From: Bdellovibrionales bacterium
GTDB taxonomy: Bacteria > Bdellovibrionota > Bdellovibrionia > Bdellovibrionales > UBA1609
Reading direction: 5' to 3'
DNA: 64,000 bases
NCBI GenBank assembly: GCA_050246815.1
Contig: JBFWVI010000012.1
Location: 1-64,000 of the forward strand
Below the pieces are notes generated by a model. It was not told where the DNA came from. It searched no databases and saw nothing but the letters and a program-made list of their open reading frames with translations. The stretch's first letter is position 1; the number at the start of each line of letters is the position of its first letter. This document shows, in pieces, positions 1 through 10,165 of this stretch. Both the position numbers and the translations under genes were made by a program.

Positions 1-1847
1 ATCGCGTCAAGAAGCAGATGGAAAAGTCGCAAAAAGAGTACTACCTGAACGAGCAAATGCAGGCGATCCAAAAAGAGCTGGGTGAAAAAGACGACTACCA
101 ACAAGAATTGATGGAACTGGAAGAGCGTGCGGCGAAAAAACGCTGGCCCAAAGAGGCCGCCGAGCGAGTGAAGAAAGAAATCAAGAAGTTGAAAATGATG
201 TCGCCGATGAGCGCCGAGGCCACCGTGGTCCGTAATTACATCGATTGGATGTTGGATCTGCCGTGGCAAGAGTACGCGGTTGAAAAGCATGACATCGCCG
301 CCGCGGAAGAAATTTTGAACGACGACCACTGGGGCCTTGAGCGGGTTAAAGAGCGTATTCTGGAGCACTTGGCCGTACAATCTTTGACCGACAAACTGCG
401 CGGTCCCATCCTGTGTTTGGCCGGCCCTCCCGGTGTTGGTAAAACATCGCTGGCTCGCTCGGTCGCCAGGGCCTTGAACCGCCCTTTTGCCCGCATCTCG
501 CTCGGCGGTGTGCGCGACGAGGCCGAGATCCGCGGTCACCGCAAAACCTATGTCGGTGCGATGCCAGGTAAAATCATCCAATCGATGCGTAAAGTGGACA
601 AAGGCAATCCGCTGATCTTGCTGGATGAAATTGATAAAATGAGCATGGATTTCCGCGGCGATCCGTCGGCGGCTTTGCTTGAGGTGTTGGACCCCGAACA
701 AAACAACACCTTCCAAGATCACTATTTGGAAGTGGATTATGATCTTTCGCCGGTGATGTTCATCACGACCGCGAACTCCTTGCACCCGATCCCGCGCCCC
801 TTGCTGGATCGTATGGAGGTGATCCAACTTGAGGGCTACACTGAGAGCGAAAAATTCAACATTGCCAAACGCTACTTGGTGCCGAAGCAAATCGAAATGC
901 ATGGATTGAAAGATTACAAAATCAACTTCAGCGATGCGGCAATCAAAGAGATCATTCGCTCATACACACGTGAGGCCGGTGTGCGCAACCTTGAGCGCCA
1001 AGCCGCGACCGTGTGTCGCAAGCTGGCTCGCGACATTGTCAAAGAAGAGCTGAAGTTGTCTGAGAAAAGCAAAGTCAAAGGTGGTAAAGGCCGGGATTTA
1101 GCAGTGGCCAAGGCCAAGTCGAAAGCGATTCAGCACACGTTAACGCCGAAGAAAGTGACCGAGTACCTGGGTCACAACAAGTTCAGATTCGGCAAGATCG
1201 AGGGTGCCAACGAAATCGGACTGACCAACGGAATGGCCTGGACCGAAGTGGGCGGCGATCTTTTGGTGGTCGAGGCATCGGTGGTCCCAGGGCGTGGCAA
1301 GTTCACGGTCACGGGGCAACTGGGCGACGTGATGAAGGAATCTTGTGCGGCGGCAATGAGTTACGTGCGTTCGCGTGGCCCCTTGTTTGGTATCGAGAAA
1401 GAATTCTTCTCGGGCTGTGACATTCACATCCATGTGCCGGAAGGCGCGATTCCGAAAGACGGCCCGTCGGCGGGCATTGCGATCACCACCAGCATTGTGT
1501 CGGCCATCACCCGTATTCCGGTGAAAAAGAACGTGTCGATGACCGGCGAGGTCACCTTGCGAGGCCGCGTGATGGCGATCGGTGGTTTGAAAGAGAAAGT
1601 CTTGGCCGCCCATCGCGGCGGGATCAAAACCATCATCTGCCCCAAAGAGAACGAAAAGGACCTGAAAGACATCACCAAAGAGGTCATGAAGGACCTGAAG
1701 GTGATTTTGGTCGACCATGTCGATCAAGTGTTGGTCAACGCGCTGGATATCAAGCACGCCAAGGACTTATTCAAAGCCCGTGGCGAACGTGGTTCAGGCC
1801 TGCGCGCCCAATACACAGGCCACACCCAGCAAGAGACCCAGCACTAG
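1..1847 (+). CDS. lon: ATP-dependent Lon protease (5' end lies before the window)
   Basis: Walker A GPPGVGKT, Walker B LLDEIDK, catalytic KDGPSAG and [19 protein letters not shown] motifs; frame open from the window start. Confidence 0.97.
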   Translation, partial: RVKKQMEKSQKEYYLNEQMQAIQKELGEKDDYQQELMELEERAAKKRWPKEAAERVKKEIKKLKMMSPMSAEATVVRNYIDWMLDLPWQEYAVEKHDIAAAEEILNDDHWGLERVKERILEHLAVQSLTDKLRGPILCLAGPPGVGKTSLARSVARALNRPFARISLGGVRDEAEIRGHRKTYVGAMPGKIIQSMRKVDKGNPLILLDEIDKMSMDFRGDPSAALLEVLDPEQNNTFQDHYLEVDYDLSPVMFITTANSLHPIPRPLLDRMEVIQLEGYTESEKFNIAKRYLVPKQIEMHGLKDYKINFSDAAIKEIIRSYTREAGVRNLERQAATVCRKLARDIVKEELKLSEKSKVKGGKGRDLAVAKAKSKAIQHTLTPKKVTEYLGHNKFRFGKIEGANEIGLTNGMAWTEVGGDLLVVEASVVPGRGKFTVTGQLGDVMKESCAAAMSYVRSRGPLFGIEKEFFSGCDIHIHVPEGAIPKDGPSAGIAITTSIVSAITRIPVKKNVSMTGEVTLRGRVMAIGGLKEKVLAAHRGGIKTIICPKENEKDLKDITKEVMKDLKVILVDHVDQVLVNALDIKHAKDLFKARGERGSGLRAQYTGHTQQETQH

Positions 1848-1895
1848 CCGCTTCTTTTTGCGGGAACGATGCGCAACGATTCTTATAGAGACACT

Positions 1896-1928
1896 AAAAG
1901 CCGCCTTTTCAGGCGGCTTTTTCTTTTT
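1896..1928 (+). terminator. Rho-independent terminator after lon
   Basis: aaaagccgcct-tttc-aggcggctttt hairpin followed by a T-rich run. Confidence 0.85.
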
Positions 1929-2023
1929 GGGGTGCGGAATGTGAGTTGAATTTCTTCTAAATGGAGGATGGTGATTGCCTCAGCGCCACAGACTCACTAG
2001 TTCAATCCCAACAGGGGGAACTT

Positions 2024-2554
2024 ATGAAAATTTCGAAGAAGCACCTAATTTTACTGCCCATCGCACTTTTTGCCTTGGTCGGGCCATCGGCAATAGCGCT
2101 GACACCGGCCGAAAAACTTGAAAAGGACCTCGAAGAAGTTCAAAAAAGCTGCGATCTGCAGGAGCCGAACTGCACCCAGCCTTACACAGAGGCCACCTTT
2201 GAGGGGCGCGACTTTAAACATCTGAGCAATTATCGCCAATTGAAGCAGATGGCTTTGGATTTAGCGCGAGTCTGGAGCGACACAATTCTTGAAGGCGATT
2301 ACGTTTCTATCGGCAAGACTCAACTTGATCGTGTTGTAACCGTGAAACGCCAAGGTAAAATTGTGCTTTATTACATCACCTTTTCAGAGCGTGCGCTGCA
2401 AATCGGCTCTGGCGATTGCAGCTTAAATGAGGACAAAGAACGCTGGGAGGGCGATTGCACCAAAGGACGCATCATTGAAAGCGCTGTTGTCAGCCCCGAT
2501 TACAAATACAACACTCAGCTTGAAAATGACTACGCGGATTTTTACGAAGACTAA
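2024..2554 (+). CDS. Hypothetical secreted protein
   Basis: ATG after a ggggga RBS; signal peptide MKISKKHLILLPIALFALVGPSAIA; paired Cys residues. Confidence 0.75.
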   Translation: MKISKKHLILLPIALFALVGPSAIALTPAEKLEKDLEEVQKSCDLQEPNCTQPYTEATFEGRDFKHLSNYRQLKQMALDLARVWSDTILEGDYVSIGKTQLDRVVTVKRQGKIVLYYITFSERALQIGSGDCSLNEDKERWEGDCTKGRIIESAVVSPDYKYNTQLENDYADFYED

Positions 2555-2712
2555 AGCCGCGTTATCTACGCCAGGGCTTTGTTGATTGAGGCAGAGCCCT
2601 TTGCCGCGAAGAGTTATTCATCAATTCTCATCACCAAATGCCTGACTTCGTGCTCCATTATTGACCTTTTTTCAATGCTCTGTAAGAAAGTGAAAACGGC
2701 CACAGTAAGTGT

Positions 2713-3864
2713 ATGAAGATATTTGGGGTGGGAATCGTGGCGAGTGATCAAAAAAACAGCGAGTCCAAAGTTGATCCGCAGGATCTTTTCGAACTCGCTC
2801 GTCTTTATTGTGATCGCGGTGACTTTAAACTCGCCACCGAAAAATTAAATCGATCCGCCGAAGAATTTGCAATGCGCCGGGATTTTACGGGCTATTTGAA
2901 TTGCCAAAATCTTTTGTTACGGGTGGCGGCTGAGCTTGAAGACGCCAAGGCCATTAACGCCACCAAAGAAAAACTGCAAGAACTGGTGGTCAAAGAGAAT
3001 GTCGAGCTGAACTCCAAAACATACTACACGCTTGCGCTTTGCGCCTCGTACAAGTCGCAACACAAAGTCGCGCTTGAATACCTCGAAAAAGCCTTGGCCA
3101 TCGCCTTGGCTGCTGATGACAAAAAAGATATTTGTTATGCCATTCATGGCCTTGCCTTGGTGTATTTTACCTTGGGTCGGTTGGAAGATGCACTTCGTGA
3201 AATCTATTCTTTGCAGGTGTTTTTTCAGGTCTTATCTTTGCCTGATATGAAATTGTCAGCCCAAGTGGTGAACGGCCATATTTTGCGCAAGATGGGCAAG
3301 TTTGACCAGGCGCTTGAGATTTTCTGGCAGTGTTATGACGGTTTGAAGGCGGCAAAAAATCTTTACATGTACATCAACATTCTTTACGCCATGGGCGTGA
3401 CCTACGCGGAGGCCGGCGACTTGGATTTGGCCCGAGTATATTTGAATTTAGCGAAGATGGCCGCTGATCCCGAAAATTTAAAGTATTCCGCCCGCCGCAT
3501 AGAAGAGCGGCTGGCCACTTTGGGCGAAAAGGGCGAAAGCAAGTACGACATTGTGTTCAACGCGGCTTCAAATGCCGTCACCGAACGCAAAAAAGGCGTT
3601 GTTGATTTTAAGAACCAATTTATTTTACTCGATATGCTGCGTATGTTTTTGCGCCATCCTGGTGAGGTCTACACCAAAGAAGCTCTGGTGAGTGCTGTGT
3701 GGAAGCAGCAATATGATCCAGCCGTCCATGACAATAAAATATACGTTACGATTAAGCGCCTACGTCGCATGATCGAACCTGATTTTGACAAACCAAAATA
3801 CATTTTTCGCGCGAAAAACGGCTACTATTTGAATAAAAACACACGCATTCTGTTCGAGCACTAA
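2713..3864 (+). CDS. TPR-repeat protein with C-terminal OmpR/PhoB-type winged-helix DNA-binding domain
   Basis: Helical TPR-like repeats; C-terminal PGEVYTKEALVSAVW...NKIYVTIKRLRRMIE...YIFRAKNGYYL matches the Trans_reg_C pattern. Confidence 0.85.
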   Translation: MKIFGVGIVASDQKNSESKVDPQDLFELARLYCDRGDFKLATEKLNRSAEEFAMRRDFTGYLNCQNLLLRVAAELEDAKAINATKEKLQELVVKENVELNSKTYYTLALCASYKSQHKVALEYLEKALAIALAADDKKDICYAIHGLALVYFTLGRLEDALREIYSLQVFFQVLSLPDMKLSAQVVNGHILRKMGKFDQALEIFWQCYDGLKAAKNLYMYINILYAMGVTYAEAGDLDLARVYLNLAKMAADPENLKYSARRIEERLATLGEKGESKYDIVFNAASNAVTERKKGVVDFKNQFILLDMLRMFLRHPGEVYTKEALVSAVWKQQYDPAVHDNKIYVTIKRLRRMIEPDFDKPKYIFRAKNGYYLNKNTRILFEH

Positions 3865-3874
3865 GGGGACTTCT

Positions 3875-4390
3875 ATGTTGGGCAAATTCACTCGAAATTT
3901 TCTGGCCGTGGTGCTGTTGCTAAGTGCCACACTGGCTGCGGCCGAGGTCAGAAAAAAAGGTGATCTTTTGCCCTGGCCATGGGGTTCCGAGTGCCCCTTC
4001 CCGTGGACCAAGATTGAAGGTGAGTGGACCTCGCGCCAAAAGAACAACCCAGACCGCTTTACCTTTGAAGTCAAGGGCACTTGGGACAATGGCACTCGTG
4101 TTTTGGAAATCCGCCGCTACAATGAAAAAGATGAGTTGATTGGCCTGGGAGAGGGCACTTCGCAGCGCCGTGAAAAGATCGTGCGCGCCTCGATGGCCGG
4201 GGTGGGCCCTGCTGAGGGTGAGTCCTACTGGGCGATCATTCGCACCTATGTCGAAGAGGAGCAGAAACGATCCTGTTCTAAGAATAGGCAGGTGACGGTG
4301 ATCACCCTTCGTGATGCCAATGGCTCCGAAGAGAATGATGTTCATCTGATTATCGACAAAGACGACGCCTCCCGCAAAACCAAGCCCTAA
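3875..4390 (+). CDS. Hypothetical secreted protein
   Basis: RBS aagggg; signal peptide ending LAAA; follows the regulator by 10 nt. Confidence 0.75.
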   Translation: MLGKFTRNFLAVVLLLSATLAAAEVRKKGDLLPWPWGSECPFPWTKIEGEWTSRQKNNPDRFTFEVKGTWDNGTRVLEIRRYNEKDELIGLGEGTSQRREKIVRASMAGVGPAEGESYWAIIRTYVEEEQKRSCSKNRQVTVITLRDANGSEENDVHLIIDKDDASRKTKP

Positions 4391-4495
4391 TAGGCGTATG
4401 GCGTTCGATTTCGGCATGAAATAATGGCAGGACTTGTCAAAAAGACCTTGCGCGAAGGCGAAATGGGCCCTAGTTAAAGCCTCAGCAGTCGATCT

Positions 4496-4571
4496 AGGGA
4501 ATTAGCTCAGTTGGTAGAGCGCCACCCTTACAAGGTGGATGTCGTCGGTTCGAGCCCGGCATTCCCTACCA
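4496..4571 (+). tRNA. tRNA-Val (anticodon TAC)
   Basis: 76-nt cloverleaf: AGGGAAT/ATTCCCT acceptor stem, GCTC/GAGC D stem, CCACC-CTTACAA-GGTGG anticodon arm, GTTCGAGC T loop, encoded CCA. Confidence 0.98.
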
Positions 4572-6370
4572 AATCCTACAACTTGCAAATTTCCGACATC
4601 CAAATTGTGAAAATCCTCCCCTTCGGGGGAACCAGCGTCAGCCGACGCCGAATCAGGGAACGAGCCTGAGGGCTTCGCACGTCTTTTTTCTGCCATTTCA
4701 ATGACGTTATTTTCGTTAATCTTTGCCGTTGAGAGCTCGTCAGGAGTGACGGGCTTATTGAGGTCATGCTTCAAACGGAATTGAATCATGAGCCCTTTAG
4801 GACCAACCAGGATGAAATAAATGAGGTCCTTCAACAGAGACTTCTTTTGAACTGCTGACGCCTTTGCCCAGCCCCGTTTGAAGGCCATAAGCCGATCTTT
4901 GAGATCTAAAACGGCATCGTCAACGTCATCCTTAATAATCTCTTTGCCTTTAAGATTTTCAAGCTCTGCCTCAAGATGGCGTTTTTTTCGGCTCAGTTCC
5001 TCTAGCTCTCGGGCCGTTTCTTTGATGGCTTCGGAATCAGCATCCAAGGCCGACTGAATTTTGAAAGTGTTCTTTACGGCGAAAGTCACTTTTGAAAGTT
5101 CCTCTGAAAGCCGATTTCTTTCGGCTTTCAGCTGCTCCGGTGACTGCGAAACCATTTGTCTGATTCGTTCCTCAATATTTTCAAAGTGACCAGCTTGCAG
5201 AAGAATTGAGGACAAGTGTTCCGCAAGCTTTGACTCAATCTTGTCAGCTTTGATCCGTTTCATTGAGCAAGTGATGACATCACCCTTTTTGGTCGAGTGG
5301 ACATAATATCGGTGAACCTGCTTTGTTCCATGAGCGGATTGGCCGACAAGTTTTCGTCCGCACTCGTCGCAAAGGCAAAGCCCAGAGGCAGCAAAGACTC
5401 TTGTGACTGACGTATCAAGACGCATTCTTTCTCGTTCGGCATTTTCTTCTAGGATCTGGGCAGCGGTTTTGAACGTCACCTCATCAAGGATCGCGGGCCA
5501 TGAGGCGCGGTAGGTGCCGTACCTTTGCCACATTTTTAGTTTCCCTTGGTCTTTATTTTTATTCGACTTGTTGGCTTCGCGAACGGCAATGTAGGCACAG
5601 TTTTTAAGGACAAAACTCAAGGAGTCATGGGTCCAGCGGCCAGCTTTCACCAGACGGTTTCTGGAATTTTCTCGGGCTTTTGGTTTGATTCCTTCTGCCG
5701 CGAGAGTATCAATTGTGCGGCTTAAAGTTCTGTGTTCAATAAAGAGTTCAAAGATTCTACGAACCTGTTTTGCTTCGTCTTGATTGACGATGAAAGTTGC
5801 CTTCTTTGCCGGATCTTTATCATATCCAAGGATCGCAGGACCGCCGTTGAGAAACCCGCGTTGGGCGCGAGAATGGCAGTTGATGGCCACACGCTCTGAC
5901 GTTTGCTCCCGTTCAAACTGGGCCAAATTTATCATATTATAGAGCATCATTTTTCCAGCTGGCGTACTTGAATCAAATTGTTCTTTGATCGAAAAAAACT
6001 TCGCGCCGTGGTTTTCGAGCATCTTATGAAAGTCACAGAAGTCAGGAATATTGCGCGAGAGACGCGACAACTCCGTCACCATGACCGCATTGATCTTGCC
6101 GCTCTTCAGGGCTTTCATCATCCGCTCGTAGGCGGGACGATTGGTGTCTTTTGCCGAGTAGCCATCGTCAATGAAGTGCTCAACCAAGCGTCCCCAGCCA
6201 GGCTCTTGCATGTTTTTGATGTCGATAAAGGACTGCATTCGGTGACGCTGATTATCGAGTGAACCTTCGATAACATTTGCCTGCTCATCCGTTGAGACCC
6301 TCGAGTACGTCCCAACAAGAAGCGGAGTTGATGAACTGATGTTTACGTCAGGCTGCTTTTTGTTCTTCAT
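4502..6370 (-). CDS. Large serine recombinase (integrase); 3' end overlaps the tRNA antisense
   Basis: Catalytic YSRVST, DDGYSAKDTNRP, ELSRLSRN; recombinase domain (GYDKD...GRWT); Zn ribbon CDECG; coiled coil; ATG 6370 preceded by aaggag. Confidence 0.93.
   Translation of the reverse strand: MKNKKQPDVNISSSTPLLVGTYSRVSTDEQANVIEGSLDNQRHRMQSFIDIKNMQEPGWGRLVEHFIDDGYSAKDTNRPAYERMMKALKSGKINAVMVTELSRLSRNIPDFCDFHKMLENHGAKFFSIKEQFDSSTPAGKMMLYNMINLAQFEREQTSERVAINCHSRAQRGFLNGGPAILGYDKDPAKKATFIVNQDEAKQVRRIFELFIEHRTLSRTIDTLAAEGIKPKARENSRNRLVKAGRWTHDSLSFVLKNCAYIAVREANKSNKNKDQGKLKMWQRYGTYRASWPAILDEVTFKTAAQILEENAERERMRLDTSVTRVFAASGLCLCDECGRKLVGQSAHGTKQVHRYYVHSTKKGDVITCSMKRIKADKIESKLAEHLSSILLQAGHFENIEERIRQMVSQSPEQLKAERNRLSEELSKVTFAVKNTFKIQSALDADSEAIKETARELEELSRKKRHLEAELENLKGKEIIKDDVDDAVLDLKDRLMAFKRGWAKASAVQKKSLLKDLIYFILVGPKGLMIQFRLKHDLNKPVTPDELSTAKINENNVIEMAEKRRAKPSGSFPDSASADAGSPEGEDFHNLDVGNLQVVGFGRECRARTDDIHLVRVALYQLS
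4566..4586 (+). repeat. attL: left copy of direct repeat CTACCAAATCCTACAACTTGC
   Basis: Overlaps the tRNA 3' end; 20/21 identical to 37346-37366. Confidence 0.85.
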
Positions 6371-6554
6371 CCGAAATCTCCTTTCGCGGGCGTCCTCTTG
6401 TTTGACCAAGAAGGATAATTTTTGCGATCAATTTTTCCACTCGTTCACGTCGAGCCTCGGCGTCTTCGGAAGTGTCGGCAACACCTATCAGCTCAACAGT
6501 CATTTCCTCTTCGTCAAAATCCACCGCCGCTTTGTACGTGGACTTCCTACCCAC
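6348..6554 (-). CDS. Small protein upstream of the integrase (possible directionality factor or DNA-binding protein)
   Basis: GTG start overlapping the XRE gene stop; RGRPRK AT-hook-like motif; function inferred from position only. Confidence 0.5.
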   Translation of the reverse strand: MGRKSTYKAAVDFDEEEMTVELIGVADTSEDAEARRERVEKLIAKIILLGQTRGRPRKEISDEEQKAA

Positions 6555-6804
6555 GTTTTCGTCCTTTGGTGGACTTCTTTGCTTCATCCATGTGCCGCTG
6601 AAACTCCTCGAGAAAATCCTGAGCTTTTCGTTCTGAGAGACTTCCCAAGTAGCTCATCACGGCACTGATGAGCGGACTTGGCGTCCTAAACCCAGTTTCC
6701 AAGTGACTGATCGACTTCTTTCCAGCTAACCCTAAAACTTGAGCGAGTTCGTCTTGTGTGAGTCCCAGTTGTTCTCGTGTTTCTTTGAATTGTTTTGGAC
6801 TCAT
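6547..6804 (-). CDS. XRE/Cro-C1 family helix-turn-helix protein
   Basis: REQLGLTQDELAQVLGL...SISHLETGFRTPS. Confidence 0.88.
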   Translation of the reverse strand: MSPKQFKETREQLGLTQDELAQVLGLAGKKSISHLETGFRTPSPLISAVMSYLGSLSERKAQDFLEEFQRHMDEAKKSTKGRKRG

Positions 6805-7235
6805 ACAACGTCATCACTTTCCTGGAGTCTCTCATTGAGAGACTCTTGTTTCAAGTTCTTTTTTGCCTTTTTCGACGTCGCACTGACTTCGCCGAAGAAA
6901 TGTTTATCCAAAACAGCTTGGATGTCTGGCGGCAACTCTCCGATTGCCTTATACTTCTTCTGAACCGCATCGAGCATCGAAAATGCGTTTGCCGAGCGGC
7001 GGCGAATTTCCAGAATCACGTCATCAGGGGCATGGGCCTTAAACCAAAGGATCATGAAACTTGCGACGTCAAATCTTGTCGCCCGGCCTGCATCAAAGCC
7101 GTCGTTTACGGCATCTGCAAACTCCGCCACGACCGCTTCAGCCTCAAGACTTACGACCATTCGCCCTTCTTTTTTTGACGTTTCTTCTTTTGATTTTTGT
7201 TCTTTGTCTTCTGTATTTCTGTTTTCCTCCTTCAT
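6801..7235 (-). CDS. Hypothetical protein
   Basis: ATG after aggaggtg RBS; ATGA overlap with the XRE gene. Confidence 0.7.
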   Translation of the reverse strand: MKEENRNTEDKEQKSKEETSKKEGRMVVSLEAEAVVAEFADAVNDGFDAGRATRFDVASFMILWFKAHAPDDVILEIRRRSANAFSMLDAVQKKYKAIGELPPDIQAVLDKHFFGEVSATSKKAKKNLKQESLNERLQESDDVV

Positions 7236-7270
7236 ATCTTCACCTCCTATTTAATAAATTTTTGTTATTT

Positions 7271-7381
7271 CCACCCAACCCCGCCGTACCGCCTCCCCCG
7301 GTTCCTGTCCACCATCAACCAACTCGTTGGGTGGGGGTGGACAGGAAAAATCGTAGATTTAGGGGGAGGCGGTACGGCGGG
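7271..7381. repeat. Nested inverted repeat, candidate oriT
   Basis: Perfect 20-bp arms 7280-7299/7362-7381 and 12-bp arms 7302-7313/7336-7347, next to the relaxase 3' end. Confidence 0.6.
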
Positions 7382-7413
7382 CGCGATCTCACTGAATTTG
7401 TTTGAATTTTTCC

Positions 7414-8229
7414 TCATGCGGCTTCGCCTTCTTGGCTTTTTCTAAAGCGGACGCTTGTCCGATTTAGATCCGTTTTAGAACTGGCAATATCGACAGATTT
7501 TTTTGTTGCGATCTCCAGGAACTCCCTCATCGGCATTTGATTGCTTCCGAAGCGAATCGGAGCTTCAAGCGATTGAATTTCGAAATCTGAATACTGATAA
7601 AGACCAGGGATCTTTTTCTGGTCTGTGAAAGCGCGACCTTGAAAAGCACGACGAACGGCGTTCTCCGTCCAAGCGTTCCCACATGCAAACAGTGTTATTC
7701 CAATTTTTTTGTATCCTAGATAAGTGAGAGCCATCTTCGAGTAACGGGCTTGTGTCTTCGCCGTTTTTTCAACTTCAAGCGCGCAGCGCAAAGTGCCGGT
7801 TGCCGTCTTCAAATCAAAAACCATGTCGGGAATCCGATGAAGTCGTTCCGCGCCCAGGACCTGATAGGCTGTCATTGGATCTCGGAGAAGCTCATCTTCG
7901 AGCCAGTAGGCTGAAATGAGCTTTGTACGCTCCAGGGTCAGCAGGAACTTTGCTGCGATAGCATCATGCTCAATGTATGTGGGGAGCCGGGAGGGTCTTG
8001 CCGACTTTCCGAAATCTGACCTGCGGCTTTTAAGACTCAAAAGAAGAACTGAATCAGATGCGGCAGAACGAATGAATAATCCCGACGCCACCAAATGGCT
8101 CCAATATTCATAACACTGGCTTCGACCAAATCCACAAATGAAATCAAAAAAAATGTCTTTGGTCAGAAATCCCCAACGAGATGCGAAGACCTGAGCGTTT
8201 CGGATAATTTCTGAGTTCATTGTCCTCAT
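7414..8229 (-). CDS. Replication-relaxation (Replic_Relax/MOBC-like) PD-(D/E)xK relaxase
   Basis: EHD motif, RIPDMVF...ALEVEKTAKTQARY nuclease motif, N-terminal wHTH-like region; lies downstream of the coupling protein. Confidence 0.75.
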   Translation of the reverse strand: MRTMNSEIIRNAQVFASRWGFLTKDIFFDFICGFGRSQCYEYWSHLVASGLFIRSAASDSVLLLSLKSRRSDFGKSARPSRLPTYIEHDAIAAKFLLTLERTKLISAYWLEDELLRDPMTAYQVLGAERLHRIPDMVFDLKTATGTLRCALEVEKTAKTQARYSKMALTYLGYKKIGITLFACGNAWTENAVRRAFQGRAFTDQKKIPGLYQYSDFEIQSLEAPIRFGSNQMPMREFLEIATKKSVDIASSKTDLNRTSVRFRKSQEGEAA

Positions 8230-8510
8230 GGCGGCCCAACCTTTGTTGCTGGAATCAGGACAAAGTGCCCAAGTTCAATGCTGCCGTTTTCAAGATTGGG
8301 CTCGACCCAATCTAGAGTAAATTCAGACAAGGTGGTCCCTTTCAGACTTTGAGGGATCTTAAGCTCTGATCCAATAGTGACCTGACGAATACGGACCTGA
8401 CAGCTATTGGTCCCAGAAAGAATAATGCGAGCGCCTTGCGGATTGCCACACTTGGGAGAATGGGCACAGGCTGAAAGCATTGTTGTGAAAAGCAAGATAA
8501 ACCACTTCAT
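8226..8510 (-). CDS. Small lipoprotein (VirB7/TraV-like)
   Basis: Lipobox LSAC; ATGA overlaps at both ends within the T4SS operon. Confidence 0.6.
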   Translation of the reverse strand: MKWFILLFTTMLSACAHSPKCGNPQGARIILSGTNSCQVRIRQVTIGSELKIPQSLKGTTLSEFTLDWVEPNLENGSIELGHFVLIPATKVGPP

Positions 8511-10165
8511 GCTGCCGCCTTTCCGTCTTGCGGAGTCGAGAGCTCCTCGACGACATCCGCAGTTTCCTTTGCAGGCTGCGTTTGATCGCTCGGAGTATCA
8601 TCCTTAATTTTCGGAAGGCCCATGGGCATTGGTTTTAAAAGCTTCGGAATTTGCGGCACGTCGAGATCAAAAGTTCGTTTAAACTTGAGCCTGACAGAAA
8701 GGCTTCCAGTTTCGTGTGGAAGAACCACGACGGCCTCTCCGATCCCAAGCTCCTTCTTAAACACATTGGGGTGTACCTTATATTCCTCGACCTCGCGAAC
8801 AGATCCGTCGCCGGTTTTCTGACTTCCGAATGTGCCATCTTTTTGCCGCTCAGTGACTTTAACGGATCGAACAGTGCCGATGACGCCCGCGAAGTATTCC
8901 GCTGACTCGGGTTCGTTTGTTCTCATGAAAACTTTTAAGTTTGAGTTGGTCAGGATTGTGTTGCTTACACCTTCACCTAGAGATGCTAGATCACCTAATG
9001 CCTGATGAGCAAAGACGATTCCGACATTTGCACTTCTAGATTTATTCAGAAGTGTAACGAAATTGGGTGTGAGATATTCCGTGAAATCGTCCAGGTAAAC
9101 GGAAAAGAACTTCCGGCTGGTCGCACTTCCAAGATGCCGGGATGAAACTGCACTTTGGAGGCATTGGAGAATCAGCTTGCCAGTCATTTTGCCTAGAGTC
9201 GGAATCTTAAGGGCCGGAAGCTGGCAGTAAACGATTTCTCCATCCTCAAGAGCGCGCTCCAAATCAATGTCCGAATTTTCGCAGTTGAAAATGCTTGCAT
9301 TAGGCCCAATTGAAAAGCACTGAAGCTGTGCAATCAAGCCGCTTGTACGCTGTTCGCGCTCCTCGCGCTTGAGGCTTACAAAGTCATCCACCCAAGCCTG
9401 AAGCCTCTCGTCCTTTGAGTTTTCACGCAGATGAAGCAATTGCTTTTCTTGCTTCAGACACTCAATCATTCGATAGGGGGTAGCCTTAATTTTGGCTTCT
9501 TCCAGTAGAAGCAGGCAGTGCAGGAATGCGTCGTATTGTATGCTCCTAAAGTATTCATTTTCAAAAGTGAGGGCACCAAAGACCCTTTCAACGACTTCGA
9601 GCACAGATCCACCGGCCAGTGGGTTGAATGTGTGGCTGATCTCGGGACTACAAAGGGAAAGAATGCGGACATCGTGCTCGCGATGATGTTTTTTGGCGTA
9701 GGCATAAAGCTTGTTAAGGAGCCCGGAATCCGATTTACCGTCGATCATCAGAAGTCCTCGGCCTTTTTTGATGTCGTCTACGGCCCACGGGATGATGACG
9801 GACTCGGTCTTTCCGGCGTTTGTTGTGCCGACGACCTGAGTATGCATCCTTTTAAAGGATTGTTTGATATAAACAGATTTTCCCTCGGGTGTGATGCCAG
9901 CAAAAACGGCATCCTCATTTTCCCCTGGAGAAAGAACCAGTTTTTCCAGCTCGGCAGGTTTTCGCCGCTCGAGAAATTTTCGTTTTATCCAATAATAGGA
10001 GCCCATGATCAATGCTGTGATAGCGACAGCGATCCCGTAACGCCATTTCAAATAAAATGCGACGATCTGTAACTTGAATTTGAGCCAGACGATGAAACCT
10101 ACAAGTCCAACTGCTAAAATCGCAAAACCACGATCTGACATGCCTCCGTTCTTATTTTCATTCAT
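8507..10165 (-). CDS. virD4: Type IV coupling protein (VirD4/TraD/TraG family)
   Basis: Two N-terminal TM helices, HTQVVGTTNAGKT Walker A, IDGK, YLDDF Walker B, KSRSANV, ESAEYFAGVIGT. Confidence 0.9.
   Translation of the reverse strand: MNENKNGGMSDRGFAILAVGLVGFIVWLKFKLQIVAFYLKWRYGIAVAITALIMGSYYWIKRKFLERRKPAELEKLVLSPGENEDAVFAGITPEGKSVYIKQSFKRMHTQVVGTTNAGKTESVIIPWAVDDIKKGRGLLMIDGKSDSGLLNKLYAYAKKHHREHDVRILSLCSPEISHTFNPLAGGSVLEVVERVFGALTFENEYFRSIQYDAFLHCLLLLEEAKIKATPYRMIECLKQEKQLLHLRENSKDERLQAWVDDFVSLKREEREQRTSGLIAQLQCFSIGPNASIFNCENSDIDLERALEDGEIVYCQLPALKIPTLGKMTGKLILQCLQSAVSSRHLGSATSRKFFSVYLDDFTEYLTPNFVTLLNKSRSANVGIVFAHQALGDLASLGEGVSNTILTNSNLKVFMRTNEPESAEYFAGVIGTVRSVKVTERQKDGTFGSQKTGDGSVREVEEYKVHPNVFKKELGIGEAVVVLPHETGSLSVRLKFKRTFDLDVPQIPKLLKPMPMGLPKIKDDTPSDQTQPAKETADVVEELSTPQDGKAAA

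Noticed and set aside
1040..1140. Lys-rich insertion in Lon as a possible intein or novel domain
   Set aside because: Short low-complexity loop in a variable region, with no intein motifs.
236..1944. Antisense and alternate-frame ORFs over lon (and similar ones elsewhere, e.g. 9518-10072, 43640-44014, 52437-53123)
   Set aside because: Shadow ORFs of well-supported genes, with no recognisable motifs.
6371..6409. ORF-track TTG start of the integrase at 6409
   Set aside because: ATG 6370 has a clear aaggag RBS, and the extension overlaps the upstream gene further.
7054..7445. Plus-strand ORFs across the inverted-repeat region
   Set aside because: Low-complexity translations of GC-rich stems, antisense to the operon.
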